A DNA stretch of 63,689 nt, counting the filler, from Collodictyon triciliatum (lineage: Eukaryota): assembly GCA_043381765.1 (NCBI GenBank). It is 6 parts of 6 records of this genome, joined end to end, with 100 filler letters (N's around TTAATTAATTAA, not from the genome) between each part and the next. Parts side by side here need not be neighbours in the genome. Positions count along the whole stretch, not along the records: positions 60,985 to 63,689 come from JBHJMP010000669.1; 5 more parts are not named here. One strand, given 5' to 3'. Below the pieces are notes generated by a model. It was not told the DNA's origin and searched no databases. It saw only the letters and a program-made list of their open reading frames with translations. A program made the position numbers and the translations under genes. Each line of letters begins with the position of its first letter. The stretch's first letter is position 1. This document shows, in pieces, positions 61,059 through 63,689 of the stretch.

Positions 61059-62673
61059 TGTATGTATGTATGTATGTATGTATGTATGTATGTATGTATG
61101 TATGTATGTATGTATGTATGTATGTATCAACAAATACATACTAGTTTAGGTATTAAACATTCTTAACTGAAGTAAATAATGATGAATTTGTTTGTTGCAT
61201 CCGCCATATTCATAGCTATAGATTTTGCTTCTTGAGATATATGCGATATCCTGCGTGATAGATAATTAATAATTCACTTATTAAAAGCTAGTCCTGACGA
61301 GCGGTAAACCCAAGTTTCAATTAATGATTGCTTAATGGCGTTCTAGAATATTCTATGAGCATGACTAGCTCTCGGAGGTTTCATAACATGAATGAATTTT
61401 TTTAAAAGGATGGAAAAAGCATTTCTGACACGAATTGGTAGCAAGAAAAAAATGTATCTCGGAACTTGCGTCTGTGCCATGTTTGTATGAGACTGTTTTT
61501 TGCCAAGCTTTTTCATTTTTCTGTTCATCATTGTTATGAAAAGAGTGTGTAAATATGCTGTATAAGGGTGACCAAATATTTTTTTCATTACATCATAAAA
61601 TCCGAGCTCCGTACTATGTGTTGCTGTGCTGTCTATGTACTTTTTAAAAATGTAATATATATATATATATATATTTGGTAATGTATTTCCTGATCTTGGG
61701 TTTAGACTCAGTTTTTAAAATATATCCTATTGACGGCGCTTCATGTTATGAATATGTCATACGAAGTAATCCAAAAACAATCATAAAAGAACTGTCCCTC
61801 TTAGTTACATTTTGTTCATGAGGATCAGATCATTCGAAGGTGGTGTTAAGTTTTTGGAATAAAAAGTAGGCGGAAAGATAGCAATAGACAGCGGAGCCCC
61901 TGGGTAAACGTATCTGGCTAGCGAATGAATAAAATGATGCATGAAAGGTATGCACTCGGAAAAAAAAATCAGTTCTCTGAATAGACATCTGTAGAAAAAA
62001 GTAAACGCCAAGGTAGGAGGAAGGGAGGTATCCATATTAAGATGGAGTAAAGAAGCTTTTTCATCAGTTGCGTTATTTTATTTTTTTTTACTTCGTTTTG
62101 TTTTGTTTTGTTGGTCTTTCTTTAAGCTCCCTAGCTCCAGAACATCCCTCGACAGGAGGTAACACCGCGTTTATGCTGTCTGCTGCGGTTGGTGTGTGGC
62201 CTCTCTGATGAGTGACCGAACATTTTTGCAGCGCTTGCCTGAGTCAAATAGAGCCGTTAGACTCTGGTGTGCTTTGAATCTGTAATTATCCAGTTTTAGG
62301 TTGCGTTTGCCAGTACGTCGCCACTGCTTCTGCATTAAAAAATACGCTGTGCGCGCAGATATACGAGAAGTTCAACACATGGCCTTGGCGCACCACTTTC
62401 AGGTCTTCAATCCTATCTTCTTCATGTCCCCTCTCCCGGATGTATTAGGCTCTAGGCCTCCGCGAAACGCCCTCGTGCCAAACAAAAAAACATCCCGCTC
62501 CCATGAATCTGCGAAATAATGACAAATTTGGTATGAAAAAGCGAGAGAAGCGCTTTCAGCTTTGCGGAACGACACACAAGACGGCAAAACACAACAACAG
62601 ACGAAGCAGCCAGACAGAAAACAGAAAAAAGAAGCGGCTTTGTAGTGAGCAAGAAGGAGGAAACGCCTGGGTG

Positions 62674-63560
62674 ATGTCTATCAATCGGACGGGATTACTC
62701 CCGAACGGCGCGCCGCTGTTCTATGCAGGGGAAATCATGATCAAGCTTCAGCACGGCGTGAGTCTTGAGTTGAAAAGTGGCAGGTGAGTTTTCGACTTTT
62801 CGTGCTGTCATCCATCTGTATTTTACTCGACGTTGGTTCTCTAGAAACGCGAGGATGCTTTTGCCTCCACTGCAACTCTCTCTTTCTCTCTCTTAGAAAA
62901 CAGATGTAGTGCACTCTTTCGCGCAAGATCTTTATACATTTTTCTACCTGAACCTGAGCCCCAGCGCCTATTTGCATCATTATTGGCAATTATTGTGGAA
63001 GTCTTGGGCGCATCACTCGCACTCATCTTGCTCTCATCACAATTTATTTTTTTGGAGCGTTTATTTCGTTTTGCATCCTGTGGCGAGGTTTTAAGCGTCC
63101 ATGTCCCATGATCTCTGAGTATCGTTTAAGACCACCTAACCATAGAATTATCAGTTCCTGGCTCAATACCCACTCATTCATTTTACCGCAGATTATACGT
63201 TATTGTACCAAATCTATCATTTACCAACTTGATACGATCACCTCTTATTATTCTCTAAATGATACGATTGACTGTGTTTTAAAACTTATCATGACAACCA
63301 TTATCTTTGATGTATATATAGCCATCAAAGACAACATCTCCTCGACACCTCCTCTGTATATTGCATTACATTTTCCCATAAATGAACAGGAATAATCTTG
63401 CCAATCCAATATATCAGTCATTGTTATTTTATTCTTTCCCAATTTGCATTGGTGTTTTCGTAAACAGGTCGAATGACCCAAATCACACGAGATATTCCGG
63501 CTCAGGGTCTTTAACTCTAACCAACCTCCGCATCATATTCATATCATCCGGACAGATGGC
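62674..63560 (+). CDS. WBP2-like GRAM/PH-domain protein (5' exons)
   Basis: MSINRTGLLPNGAPLFYAGE...GVSLEL then GSGSLTLTNLRIIFIS resemble the WBP2/UPF0664 N-terminus. Confidence 0.65.
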
Positions 63561-63689
63561 TGTAGATATTCTTATTCATTTTGACAGAAACCCAATTCAT
63601 GAGTTCTCAAAATTTTCCGCGTTTCTCATGTACATGATACTAACACTTACACTTTCTTTTCTTTATTTAAACAACCCCACCAGTCCTTT

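Noticed and set aside
61240-62520. Possible minus-strand gene upstream of the WBP2-like gene
   Set aside because: No consistent exon chain or recognisable homology could be built.

Overview
AT-rich, intron-dense nuclear DNA from a unicellular eukaryote. The fused CAD points to Amorphea, but the exact lineage cannot be determined. The window is six unrelated scaffolds joined by artificial 100-nt N/TTAATTAATTAA spacers, so no synteny can be inferred across the joins. Spliced genes recognised: UTP6, a secreted GH18 chitinase, TRM82/WDR4, a CAD-like CPS-DHO-ATC fusion, family I pyrophosphatase, TBC1D19, a DUF2415 WD40 protein, RPL31, a bacterial-type formyltransferase, SMG8, a NEF1-like membrane protein, GPR89, TANGO6, a WBP2-like protein, fragments of a DEAH helicase and a GH16 glucanase, and several hypothetical genes. 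The main finding is a CAD with an open reading frame and an intact ATCase domain, but with catalytic residues lost from both the carbamoyl-phosphate-forming CPS half and the DHOase domain. Other notable signals: a U12 AT-AC intron; about one third AAG 3' splice sites; two families of ultra-truncated poly(A) retro-insertions with target-site duplications; and an intron-containing formyltransferase that may be a bacterial transfer. All gene models were built by eye and all homology calls are from memory.
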